DNA of 64,000 bases. Origin: Thermomicrobiales bacterium (lineage in GTDB: Bacteria; Chloroflexota; Chloroflexia; Thermomicrobiales; UBA6265). The notes under the pieces were generated by a model. It was not told where the DNA came from. It searched no databases and worked only from the letters and a program-made list of their open reading frames with translations. Of the stretch, positions 54,065-62,767 are shown piece by piece. Each line of letters starts with the position of its first letter. The stretch's first letter is position 1. The DNA lies in NCBI GenBank assembly GCA_023957015.1, contig JAMLHR010000010.1, positions 8,693 through 72,692 of the forward strand. The letters run 5' to 3'. The position numbers and the translations under genes were made by a program.

Positions 54065-55441
54065 GTGCGAGAAGCGGCGATGGCCCAGAACGCATATACG
54101 GAGAACGATACCCGGAAAGTGATCTCCTCACCGCGTGAGCTGGCAATGAGCGCCGCCTGGAACGCGGGCTTGCAGCGCGACGTCCTCACCACCGATGGTC
54201 GCACCGCCCGGATCGTCTACCACGGCAGTTGGAGTCACGGATATGGTCCTGATTTCTCCGGGGCCATGCTCGATTTCGGTGATGGCAAACTCGTTTCCGG
54301 CGATGTCGAGATTCACAATCGCGCCAGCGAGTGGGTTACCCACGGTCATCACCTCGATCCCGGCTACAACAATGTCGTGCTCCATATCGTGCGCGTGAAT
54401 GACGACGACTCCGTGCGGCGAGCAGACGGTACCCGTGTGCCGACGGCTGTGCTGACCGTACCGGATGAAGCGCTCTTTGCCATTGATACACGTCTTCCAG
54501 GTATCTGGGCTGAGCTGGGTGGAAGCATTTGCGCCGCCGATCTGTCCGCACATGAGCCAGCAACCGTTACGAAGGCGATACATGCGCTGGGCGATCAGCG
54601 ATTTCACGCGAAATCTGCGCATTATCAGGCCGATATCATTGAACACGGCGTTGAGGCCATCATGTTGCGCGCGCTCATCGGTGGATTCGGGTACAGCGCC
54701 AATCGCGCGCCAATGGAGCATCTGGCTGAGCTGGTGCTGCGCTATGGCATCATCCGGCATCCAGGTCTGAAGCAGCAGGATCAACTCGATACCTGGCTGG
54801 TGGGTGTACTGCTGGGTCTGGCGGGATTCCTGCCACTCGCACCCGCAGATGCCCACGCTGCCGGTATCCTGCCGGAGGATCAATACCGTATCGAGCGCTC
54901 GTGGCGGGGATCCGCTCCGGCGTTCGCGGGCGACACCGTTCCTGCCATCAGTTGGCAGGTCACCAGAGTGCGTCCGGCCAACCACCCTGCCTACCGCATC
55001 ATGCAGCTGGCGACGCTACTCTCCCGCACAGGTGGCGATCCTCTGGTACCAATGCTGGAATGCGTGTTTGCTGGTGAGCATACACCCCAGCTACTGCGCG
55101 ATCTCACGACACGACCATGGCATCCCGGATTGGGAGCCGGTCGGGCGACGGCGATCACGGCAAGCGTCGTGCTGCCGATTATCCATGCGCAGGCGGTGAT
55201 TGAAGACAATGCCGCACTGGAAGACGCGGTGATGCGGGAATGGATCGGTCTCCCCCACACCGAATGGACGCAACCCGCGCGTCGAGCCATGAATCAGGTC
55301 ACTGGAGGGGTACGCCTACGCGGCTTGGGTGAACGCGGACATCAGGGTCTGCTCCACCTGGATCGACAGCTGTGCGCACCGCGAAAGTGCAGTGCCTGCC
55401 CTATCGCGCATGCGGTTGTACGAAGCCAGGTTGGTCAGTAA
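54065..55441 (+). CDS. DUF2851 family protein
   Basis: 458 aa. LTTDGRTARIVYHGSWSHGYGPDFSGAML...GDVEIHNRASEWVTHGHHLDPGYNNVVLHIV matches my recollection of the DUF2851 N-terminal signature. Confidence 0.7.
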   Translation: MREAAMAQNAYTENDTRKVISSPRELAMSAAWNAGLQRDVLTTDGRTARIVYHGSWSHGYGPDFSGAMLDFGDGKLVSGDVEIHNRASEWVTHGHHLDPGYNNVVLHIVRVNDDDSVRRADGTRVPTAVLTVPDEALFAIDTRLPGIWAELGGSICAADLSAHEPATVTKAIHALGDQRFHAKSAHYQADIIEHGVEAIMLRALIGGFGYSANRAPMEHLAELVLRYGIIRHPGLKQQDQLDTWLVGVLLGLAGFLPLAPADAHAAGILPEDQYRIERSWRGSAPAFAGDTVPAISWQVTRVRPANHPAYRIMQLATLLSRTGGDPLVPMLECVFAGEHTPQLLRDLTTRPWHPGLGAGRATAITASVVLPIIHAQAVIEDNAALEDAVMREWIGLPHTEWTQPARRAMNQVTGGVRLRGLGERGHQGLLHLDRQLCAPRKCSACPIAHAVVRSQVGQ

Positions 55442-55565
55442 TGAGGAAGAGGTAGTGGCGACCCTCGTGGTCACCCCGAGAGAAATCTCGCCATTCAGGG
55501 CTTCACACGAGCGACCTTGCTGAGGGTGTGTTGCTGGATGTTTCTTGTCACCACCAATGTGCCAT

Positions 55566-55755
55566 GTCATTCAGAGCGCCATCGGCGCGAAGAATCTCCC
55601 GGCGTAGCCGACTGCCGTAGGCGGCTTCGACCATTGGTCATGGCGAGAGTCAAACAGTGGAACATACTCCGCTGCCGAAGGCGGCCGGAACGAAGTGGAG
55701 TAGCGGAGCGAGCCCTCGCGTAGGACTCCACGGCGCTGCGCGCCTCTGAGTGACG
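55566..55755. repeat. MITE-like element, family R2, longer copy (TIR GTCATTCAGAG / CTCTGAGTGAC)
   Basis: 190 bp, intergenic, with inverted termini. The right end matches the left end of the 3339-3459 element in reverse complement. Internally it carries R3-like cores (CTGCCGAAGGCGGC) and the GAGCGCCATCGGCGCGAAGAATCTC-type hairpin. Confidence 0.6.
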
Positions 55756-55920
55756 ATGCCGCTTTGGCCCTTCTCGAAGAAATCACTTCAACCCTTCGGG
55801 ATCACCAAACTACACGATGCAACCACGTTCTCGGTGCTAATCCGTATAGCAGCACGCTTTGCTGCTAGTGCAATGCACAACCACCGCGCCCGATCGGCCC
55901 GGGACTACAAGAATCACACC

Positions 55921-56700
55921 CTACCACTCAGTGCTGCCGACGTAGACAACGGCGCCATGCTCCAGATCATTGCGACCGGCGGCCAGGACGATGCTGGCAG
56001 CGAAGTCTTCGGTGGTCGGCAACCAGCCCGCTTCCTCACGGCGCTGGTCGATGACACCAGGTGTCATCCGATCGAGGAGCTTCGGCGTGATCGTACCGTC
56101 GATGAGATCGCCGGAAACGATCGCGAAGCGGATTCCGCGCGCGGCCAAATCCGGCATCATCGCCCGCAGGGACTCCTCGCCAGCCTTCTTTCCGGCGGCA
56201 ACGGTCTCGTAGCTCTCCATCACCGGCTTCTCACCGTAATAGTGGGCCAGGTGGCTGGTCACGAAAACGAGCACCGACCCAGCGTGCATCAGCGGCAACG
56301 CCGCCTTCACCAGTCCGACCTGGGCATCGCGATTCAGTATCATCGAGTAATCCTCGGGGACATCCTTCTCCAGACCTCCCGATGCGTTGAGGATCAGTAC
56401 ATCGAGCCTGCCATGCGCCGTCTCGATATCGGCAACCATCGCAGCCACTTCCTCGGCGTTGGTGAGATCAGCCTTAACCAGTGTCGCGGTTCGCCCGTGG
56501 GCTCGGACGGAATCGGCGACGGCCTGGGCGCGCCTCTCCTTGCTGCGGTAGTTGATCACCACGTCGGCACCAGCGACGGCGGCGAAATCGGCAGCGGCGG
56601 CACCGACACCACGCGAGGCACCAGTAATCAGGACAACCTGATCGGTCAGATCGACATCGGGATTTGCCAACGTCTGATCGATGTGCAGTTCGTTGATCAC
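55921..56700 (-). CDS. SDR family oxidoreductase
   Basis: GTG 56700 follows AGGGAG. VVLITGASRGVG cofactor motif and LNASGG. The track ORF extension to 56835 overlaps the divergent GNAT start region. Confidence 0.85.
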   Translation of the reverse strand: MINELHIDQTLANPDVDLTDQVVLITGASRGVGAAAADFAAVAGADVVINYRSKERRAQAVADSVRAHGRTATLVKADLTNAEEVAAMVADIETAHGRLDVLILNASGGLEKDVPEDYSMILNRDAQVGLVKAALPLMHAGSVLVFVTSHLAHYYGEKPVMESYETVAAGKKAGEESLRAMMPDLAARGIRFAIVSGDLIDGTITPKLLDRMTPGVIDQRREEAGWLPTTEDFAASIVLAAGRNDLEHGAVVYVGSTEW

Positions 56701-56749
56701 ATACCGCTCCCTTGCGCTAAAATCTACCGAAACCCGGATGGAGGACCGA

Positions 56750-57343
56750 ATGGATTCCAGTTTACAACCAATCATCACGCTTGAAGGCGAGCGGATCGCG
56801 CTCGGACCCATCCATCGCGATCTCATACCCATCAATGAGCGTTGGATGAATCAACTCTCAACCACCCGTTTCCTCCATATGGGAATCTATAGCTACGAGA
56901 ACGAGGTGGACTGGTACGAGAATGTAGCCCGATCGACTACCAATAGCTACTTCGCGATCTACGAGTTACCCACCTATCGACCGATCGGCGGTGTGAATCT
57001 GCACAGCATAGATCGCCTCCACCGCAAAGCGGAACTCGGCATCATGATTGGTGAGCCAGACGCCCGCGGCAAGGGACTTGGCACCGAAGCCGTCATGCTG
57101 ATGTGCGATTTCGGCTTCAACGCGTTGGGGCTCCATAGCATCATGCTTCTCACCTCGGGTTGGAACATCGCGGGTCCGAAGGCGTATGTGAGAGCCGGAT
57201 TCAAGGAGATCGGTCGGCGACGAGAGGCTCGCTGGTTCATGGGACGGTACTGGGATGATATCTACTATGACATCCTGGCCAGCGAGTTCGAAAGCCCGAT
57301 AGTGGCAAAGATGATCACGGCGGATCTCCCGGGATTCGAGTAA
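56750..57343 (+). CDS. GNAT family N-acetyltransferase (RimJ/RimL-like)
   Basis: ITLEGERIALGPI..., RGKGLGTEAV and AYVRAGFKEIG. ATG 56750 follows GGAGGA. Confidence 0.8.
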   Translation: MDSSLQPIITLEGERIALGPIHRDLIPINERWMNQLSTTRFLHMGIYSYENEVDWYENVARSTTNSYFAIYELPTYRPIGGVNLHSIDRLHRKAELGIMIGEPDARGKGLGTEAVMLMCDFGFNALGLHSIMLLTSGWNIAGPKAYVRAGFKEIGRRREARWFMGRYWDDIYYDILASEFESPIVAKMITADLPGFE

Positions 57344-57347
57344 CCGG

Positions 57348-57382
57348 AATGCCTCCGGGCTCACTACGAACCCGGAGGCATT
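57348..57382. terminator. Bidirectional hairpin between the convergent GNAT and PH-domain genes
   Basis: AATGCCTCCGGG-[11 nt]-CCCGGAGGCATT is a 12-bp perfect stem. Confidence 0.6.
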
Positions 57383-57391
57383 AGCGGATAC

Positions 57392-57790
57392 CTACTGCGG
57401 GTCAATCAAACCGTCGATACTCGTCTCCTCGAAGACACCGACGCGGTTTCGCTGTCGCTCAACCCGGCTGGCATCGCGGATGATGTCCTTCACCGCCTCC
57501 GCCTCCCGGATATCGTGAAGGATGGTGACGGCGCTGGTGGTATCACCAGACGACAGCACAATGTTGCCGACACCGAACATACGATCCCACAGGCTGCGTT
57601 GCACGCTCAGATCCTTCACCCGAAAGAGCTCGATTTCCTCGGTGTGCTTGCTCAACAGACCATAGTTGATCTTGAGGCGCTCGCTGGTGAGCGTGTAGTC
57701 CTCGGTGAGAGACTTGCGTAGCGCTGTCCACCAGGTGGGTCGGCCACGCCATAGCTCTTTCTCCACTCGTGGTGCTGCTGGTTGCTTCAT
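57392..57790 (-). CDS. Bacterial PH domain (bPH_2/YdbS-like) protein
   Basis: 132 aa. ELWRGRPTWW...YTLTSERLKINYGLLSKHTEEIELFRVKDLSVQRSLWDRMFGVGNIVL is the bPH_2 pattern. Confidence 0.7.
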   Translation of the reverse strand: MKQPAAPRVEKELWRGRPTWWTALRKSLTEDYTLTSERLKINYGLLSKHTEEIELFRVKDLSVQRSLWDRMFGVGNIVLSSGDTTSAVTILHDIREAEAVKDIIRDASRVERQRNRVGVFEETSIDGLIDPQ

Positions 57791-57808
57791 GAATCCTGGC
57801 CTCTCTAG

Positions 57809-58396
57809 TCAATCTCGTGTCTGTGATTCGGTGATCGTTACATTCGCTGATCGCATGGCAGCATCCGCAACACCATCCTGATGAATCGCTGCAGTAAGGT
57901 CCCGCAACACGCGCGTGCGGTATCCCGTCCGGGCGGCATCAATCGCGGTCGCTTTCACACAATAGTCGAACGCGAGACCAACAACATCAACCTCCGTCAC
58001 GTTCGCGTCGTCCAACAGACTTCGCAAGCTCTCTCCCGCGGCGTTGATGCCCTCAAACCCGGAGTAGGCCGGTGCGCCCTGACCCTTCCGTACTTCATCG
58101 TGAGGGTAACGTTCGCCGCTTGGCCACAGTTCCGGGTGAAAGTCGGCACCCGGCGTTCCCCCGATACAGTGCGATGGCCAGGTCCCAACGAAATCAGGCT
58201 CGCTGGAGATATGTCCGGTGTTGTCGCTATCGGGATCGTGCCAGTCACGGGTGGCAATCACCACATCGTACTCGGCGCCATGGTTTGCCAGATAGGTAGC
58301 GATATCCCTGGCGACCTGATTGCCACCTGCTACCGCGAGGCTTCCGCCCTCGCAGAAGTCATTTTGAACATCAACGATGATGAGTGCTTTGGACAC
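57809..58396 (-). CDS. pncA: Nicotinamidase/pyrazinamidase (isochorismatase family)
   Basis: KALIIVDVQNDFCEGGSLAV, TRDWH and the FDYCV catalytic Cys. GTG 58396 follows AAGGAG (track ORF extends to 58447). Confidence 0.85.
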   Translation of the reverse strand: MSKALIIVDVQNDFCEGGSLAVAGGNQVARDIATYLANHGAEYDVVIATRDWHDPDSDNTGHISSEPDFVGTWPSHCIGGTPGADFHPELWPSGERYPHDEVRKGQGAPAYSGFEGINAAGESLRSLLDDANVTEVDVVGLAFDYCVKATAIDAARTGYRTRVLRDLTAAIHQDGVADAAMRSANVTITESQTRD

Positions 58397-58472
58397 GTCA
58401 ATCTCCTTGCCTTTCAGCAAGTTCGTTCGCGAATCTGATGCCATCATAGACGATAGTCAGATCGCAAACGGA

Positions 58473-58513
58473 AAGGGCGCTCGCTACCATCGGCAGATGG
58501 CAGGAGCGCCCTT
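58473..58513 (-). terminator. Hairpin downstream of sucD
   Basis: AAGGGCGCTC-[21 nt]-GAGCGCCCTT is a 10-bp stem located 12 nt after the sucD stop. Confidence 0.45.
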
Positions 58514-58524
58514 CGGTCCAATTC

Positions 58525-59397
58525 CTAGGCGGTGAACTTGGCCTTGAGGAGATCAGGAATCTCGCTCATCCGATCGGCCACAGCCACTCCGGCAGCCTCA
58601 AGTGCCGCGATCTTGCCTGCCGCGGTACCCGATCCCCCGGAAATGATCGCGCCAGCGTGGCCCATACGCTTGCCTGGAGGTGCCGTGCGACCGGCAATGA
58701 AGCCCGCCATAGGCTTGGTTACGTGCTCCTTGATGAAGCGCGCAGCCACCTCCTCATCGTCGCCACCGATCTCACCGATCATGACGATGGCTTCCGTCTC
58801 CGGGTCGTTCTGGAAGAGCTCCAGCACGTCCAGGAACGAGGTGCCGATGATGGGATCGCCACCGATACCGACGACGGTGCTCTGACCGAGCCCGGCCTTG
58901 GTAAGGGCATCGACGACCTCATAGGTCAATGTACCGGAACGGCTGACGACGCCAACCTTACCCGGCGCGTGGATGAAGCCCGGCATGATACCGATCTTGC
59001 CCTTACCCGGTGTGGTGACACCCGGGCAGTTGGGTCCAATCAATCGCGCACCCTTGGTCTTGACATGATGATAGGCGGCGACCATATCGTTGACCGGCAC
59101 ACCTTCGGTGATGCAGACAACAAGCTCAATTCCGTTGTCGACTGCCTCGTAGATGGCATCGATGCTGAATTTGGCAGGAACGTAGATAACACTCGCATTG
59201 GCACCGGTGGCAGCCACAGCTTCCTGCACGGTGTTGAACACCGGCACTCCGTGCACTTCCTGCCCGGCCTTGCCCGGCGTCACGCCGGCAACGACATTGG
59301 TGCCATACTCCAGCATCTGCTGCGTATGGAAGCTACCTTCGCGACCGGTAATACCCTGGACCAGCAACCGGGTGTTCTCATTAACCAGAATGCTCAC
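58525..59397 (-). CDS. sucD: Succinate--CoA ligase subunit alpha
   Basis: 290 aa. [12 protein letters not shown] and the GHAGAII phosphohistidine loop. Confidence 0.97.
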   Translation of the reverse strand: MSILVNENTRLLVQGITGREGSFHTQQMLEYGTNVVAGVTPGKAGQEVHGVPVFNTVQEAVAATGANASVIYVPAKFSIDAIYEAVDNGIELVVCITEGVPVNDMVAAYHHVKTKGARLIGPNCPGVTTPGKGKIGIMPGFIHAPGKVGVVSRSGTLTYEVVDALTKAGLGQSTVVGIGGDPIIGTSFLDVLELFQNDPETEAIVMIGEIGGDDEEVAARFIKEHVTKPMAGFIAGRTAPPGKRMGHAGAIISGGSGTAAGKIAALEAAGVAVADRMSEIPDLLKAKFTA

Positions 59398-59427
59398 AGT
59401 TCTCTCCCTGGAAGACCTCTCGGCCAG

Positions 59428-60561
59428 CTATGCCTGCGCGGCGGCAACAACCTGAGCGGCGGCTTCATCCATACTGTCGCCAGCAGTGATGCCGTGCTCG
59501 GAAAGGAGCGCCTTGCCCTCCTCCGCGTTCGTGCCACTGAGTCGGACAACGAGCGGTACTTTCACATCGACGTTGTTCAGCGCAGCCACGATACCGCGAG
59601 CAACCACATCGCCGCGGGTGATCCCTCCGAAGATATTGATCAGAATCGCCTTTACGTTGGGATCAGCCAACACCAGGTTGAACGCCGTGGTCACCTGCTC
59701 CTCGTTAGCACCGCCACCGACATCAAGGAAGTTGGCAGGTTCTCCACCCGCTAGCTGCACAGCATCAAGCGTCGCCATACTGAGTCCGGCACCGTTAACG
59801 ATGCAGCCGATGGTGCCATCCAGCTTCACGAAGCTGATACCACTGGCCTTGGCTTCCAGCTCGGTCTCGTTCTCTTCCGCCAGATCGCGAAGCTTCTCGG
59901 TTTCAGGGTGGCGGTACAAAGCGTTGTCATCGAAGCTCATCTTGGAGTCAAGCGCCTGCCACGTCCCCTCACCGTTGATGATGAATGGATTGATCTCTAC
60001 CAGGGTGGCGTCCTCTTCCATAAAGACGTTGTAGAGCTTCTCGGCAATCGCGGCGAAGCCGTTGACCATGGAGGGTTCAAGCTTCAGATCGAAGGCGACT
60101 TCCTTCGCCTGGTAAGGATGGAGACCGGCAAAAGGATCGGCATCCCGTGTGACGATGGCATCCGGATTCTCCTCGGCCACCTTCTCGATCTCCACACCAC
60201 CTTCGGCGCTGGCCATGATCATGATCTTGCGAGCTGGTCGATTCATGACCGCACTGACGTAGACTTCCTTCTGGATCTCTGCGCCCTTGGCGATCAGAAC
60301 CTTGTTGACGGTGTGCCCCTTGATATCCATGCCCAGTATGTTACTGGCGGCCTCATAGGCTTCATCGGCATTCTTGACGACCTTGACGCCACCCGCCTTG
60401 CCGCGACCACCGGTATGAACCTGCGCCTTAACGACAACGACACCGCCGAACTCTGCAGCGATGTCGCGCGCTTCCTCTGGTGTGCTGGCGACCCTACCCG
60501 GATTAACCGGGATGCCATGTTTGGCCAGAATTTCTGCGGCCTGATACTCGTGGATATTCAT
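59428..60561 (-). CDS. sucC: Succinate--CoA ligase subunit beta
   Basis: 377 aa. [30 protein letters not shown] and INIFGGITR. Confidence 0.97.
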   Translation of the reverse strand: MNIHEYQAAEILAKHGIPVNPGRVASTPEEARDIAAEFGGVVVVKAQVHTGGRGKAGGVKVVKNADEAYEAASNILGMDIKGHTVNKVLIAKGAEIQKEVYVSAVMNRPARKIMIMASAEGGVEIEKVAEENPDAIVTRDADPFAGLHPYQAKEVAFDLKLEPSMVNGFAAIAEKLYNVFMEEDATLVEINPFIINGEGTWQALDSKMSFDDNALYRHPETEKLRDLAEENETELEAKASGISFVKLDGTIGCIVNGAGLSMATLDAVQLAGGEPANFLDVGGGANEEQVTTAFNLVLADPNVKAILINIFGGITRGDVVARGIVAALNNVDVKVPLVVRLSGTNAEEGKALLSEHGITAGDSMDEAAAQVVAAAQA

Positions 60562-60674
60562 CCCCTACGCGCCTCCTGCTCAGAGAATTCGCCGTCGTTA
60601 TCGGCGGCAATCGTTAGTGAATCTGGCAGGAATTTTAGCACGAATATCGGCCAATCGGAGGACGTTCCCGAAGA

Positions 60675-61310
60675 TTATTCGGTTACTTCGCCCATGAAAT
60701 CCACTTCTCCGGACTTCATGTCATACATTCCACCGATCACCTTCGTAGCTCCCGCCTCGATTGCGGCAGCGATCATTGGCGAGAGGCTACCGATACGATC
60801 GACCTGGCGCATGACATTAATCCGGGAGGTGGTATCAATCATGTCCTCCGGCTGGCGTTCACGGGCTCGCAGAACACTCGGCTCGAGCGCGTCGATCAGG
60901 ACGTGAAGTCGGCCAGGGAGGTGCACTTCCTGCTCAACCACCTGAACAGCGGCGGTGACAGCGCCGCAGTTGGTGTGCCCCAGCACCATGATCAGGGGCA
61001 CACCCAATGCATCAACCGCATACTCCAGGCTCGCCAGGCCATACTCACTGAAAACGTTTCCGGCCACGCGGACCATGAACAGATCGCCAGGGAGCTGATC
61101 GAAAAGACGCTCGGCACCGACACGCGCATCGGCGCAGGCGAGGATCGCCGCTACCGGAACGTGCTCCTCCACCAACGAGACGTGGGCAGCACCGTGATCC
61201 ACCCTCTCCGTGTTGGTAACGTAACGACGATTACCATCCTTCAGCATCTGGATTGCCAGATCCGGTGTGACTTCGCCCTGATTTCGCTGTGGATGTCGAT
61301 GTGGAGACAT
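60675..61310 (-). CDS. Beta-class carbonic anhydrase
   Basis: LACADARV, FMVRVAGN and LGHTNCGAV carry the zinc ligand motifs. Confidence 0.9.
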   Translation of the reverse strand: MSPHRHPQRNQGEVTPDLAIQMLKDGNRRYVTNTERVDHGAAHVSLVEEHVPVAAILACADARVGAERLFDQLPGDLFMVRVAGNVFSEYGLASLEYAVDALGVPLIMVLGHTNCGAVTAAVQVVEQEVHLPGRLHVLIDALEPSVLRARERQPEDMIDTTSRINVMRQVDRIGSLSPMIAAAIEAGATKVIGGMYDMKSGEVDFMGEVTE

Positions 61311-61612
61311 GTGGTGTTCCTCACCATGGGTTGACCAATGACCATATCACCGATTTTACGTCACCACTCGTTCGGCCTGCGACTTGTGAACATGAGGCGA
61401 AATCGGAAAGTCACCGCAAAAGGTGTTTGAATTTGAGATATTCCTGCTATACTAGGCCAACCGAGACGTTTCCCATAGGTGGCTCTCGAATGTGTGCGAA
61501 CGCATCTGTTCGTGCGCGTTTGCGTGCAGTCTGGATCAGGACGCGGACCGGGAGGAGTTTTTCCAGAGTGGAGTCCGCCGATAGTCGGCGGGCAAGAGAG
61601 GTTCAGGCGAAA

Positions 61613-62002
61613 ATGAGCGATCGTACGCTTACCTGTCGCGATTGCGGCAATGAGTTCGTGTTCACGGCTGGTGAGCAGGATTTTTACACGTCCCGTGGTT
61701 TCTCGGAACCACAGCGCTGCCCAACCTGCCGTCAGGCACGTAAGGCTCAGCGCAACAACAGTGGCGACAGCTACGGCGGAGGTTACTCCAGCGGTGGCGA
61801 TAGCTACGGTGGTGGTTACTCCAGCCGCGGTGGTGGTTACGGCGGCAACAGTGGTGGTGGCCAGCGCACACTCTATCCGGCAACCTGCAGCGAATGTGGC
61901 AAGGAGACGGAAGTTCCCTTCAACCCGAGCCCAGGCAAGCCGGTCTACTGTCGCGAGTGCTTCCAGAATCAGCGAAACTCGTCGCCACGTTACAACTACT
62001 AG
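61613..62002 (+). CDS. Double zinc-ribbon protein (zf-trcl-like) with an internal Gly/Tyr/Ser-rich repeat linker
   Basis: MSDRTLTCRDCGNEFVFTAGEQDFYTSRGFSEPQRCPTCR, then GDSYGGGYSSGGDSYGGGYSSRGGGYGG, then CSECGKETEVPFNPSPGKPVYCRECF. ATG 61613 follows GAGAGG. The track ORF from 61289 is an artefactual N-terminal extension. Confidence 0.75.
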   Translation: MSDRTLTCRDCGNEFVFTAGEQDFYTSRGFSEPQRCPTCRQARKAQRNNSGDSYGGGYSSGGDSYGGGYSSRGGGYGGNSGGGQRTLYPATCSECGKETEVPFNPSPGKPVYCRECFQNQRNSSPRYNY

Positions 62003-62038
62003 TCTGTAACGTTCGACAGCCAAACAGAAACTGGTACT

Positions 62039-62079
62039 ATCGGGGAGGAATTCAGTATTCCTCCCCGATTTGGGTTTTC
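62039..62079 (+). terminator. Rho-independent terminator after the zinc-ribbon gene
   Basis: ATCGGGGAGGAAT-TCAGT-ATTCCTCCCCGAT is a 13-bp stem followed by TTGGGTTTT. Confidence 0.75.
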
Positions 62080-62092
62080 GTGAGACGACGCC

Positions 62093-62674
62093 ATGTCCGT
62101 CAACAATCCAACAGCCGGAGCACTCGTACGAGCTGGTCAGCTGGTCTCGCTGCGCAGACACATAGCCCAGGATGAAGCAGCCTTCGTTCGCTGGTATACG
62201 GATGCCGATATCGCCTACGTGTTGCGACACGATCTCCGACCGTTGACTCCATATCAGGCACAGGGTTATTTCAGCACGATTGTGCTACCGAACTCGGCCC
62301 ACGGCACCGCCTGGGCGATCCATCACAACGAGACGAACGCTCTCATTGGCACCACCGCGATCACCGAGATCGATGAACGCGGCGGAGAATGCCTCTTCCG
62401 TATTGTCATCGGCGAGAAGGAGCTCTGGGGCGGCGGACTCGGCACCGATGCCACTCGATTGGTGGTGGCGGAGGCGTTCGAGCGCTTTGAGCTCAGGGCG
62501 GTGAACCTGGAAGTGTTCGCCCACAATCCCCGCGCCTATCGCAGCTACGAGAAGGTCGGATTTCAGGAGCGCGGTCGCTCCGAGGAATGGGCCCGGAACG
62601 TGCGTCTGGATGTGATCGCGATGCGTCTCCCACGCGAGGCGTGGGACGGGACCTATCGTACAATCGCACACTGA
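62093..62674 (+). CDS. GNAT family N-acetyltransferase (RimJ/RimL-like)
   Basis: 193 aa. LVSLRRHIAQDEAAFVRWY, WGGGLGTDATRLVV and AYRSYEKVGFQE. Confidence 0.8.
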   Translation: MSVNNPTAGALVRAGQLVSLRRHIAQDEAAFVRWYTDADIAYVLRHDLRPLTPYQAQGYFSTIVLPNSAHGTAWAIHHNETNALIGTTAITEIDERGGECLFRIVIGEKELWGGGLGTDATRLVVAEAFERFELRAVNLEVFAHNPRAYRSYEKVGFQERGRSEEWARNVRLDVIAMRLPREAWDGTYRTIAH

Positions 62675-62767
62675 CCTACGCGCCCGCGTATACTGATTGG
62701 TATTAATGCTGCGTTGACTACGAGCCAGCAATCCGACCCACGCAGCGTATCCGAACAATCAGCGAGT

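Noticed and set aside
55750-56784. 344-aa plus-strand ORF
   Set aside because: Antisense shadow of the SDR gene, beginning inside the R2 repeat.
58657-60906. Plus-strand ORFs of 365 aa (58657-59754) and 332 aa (59908-60906)
   Set aside because: Antisense to sucD/sucC and to the carbonic anhydrase gene.
61361-62230. 289-aa minus-strand ORF
   Set aside because: It is antisense to the zinc-ribbon gene and its terminator. Its repetitive TTAAGVTT stretch simply mirrors the GGYS repeat.
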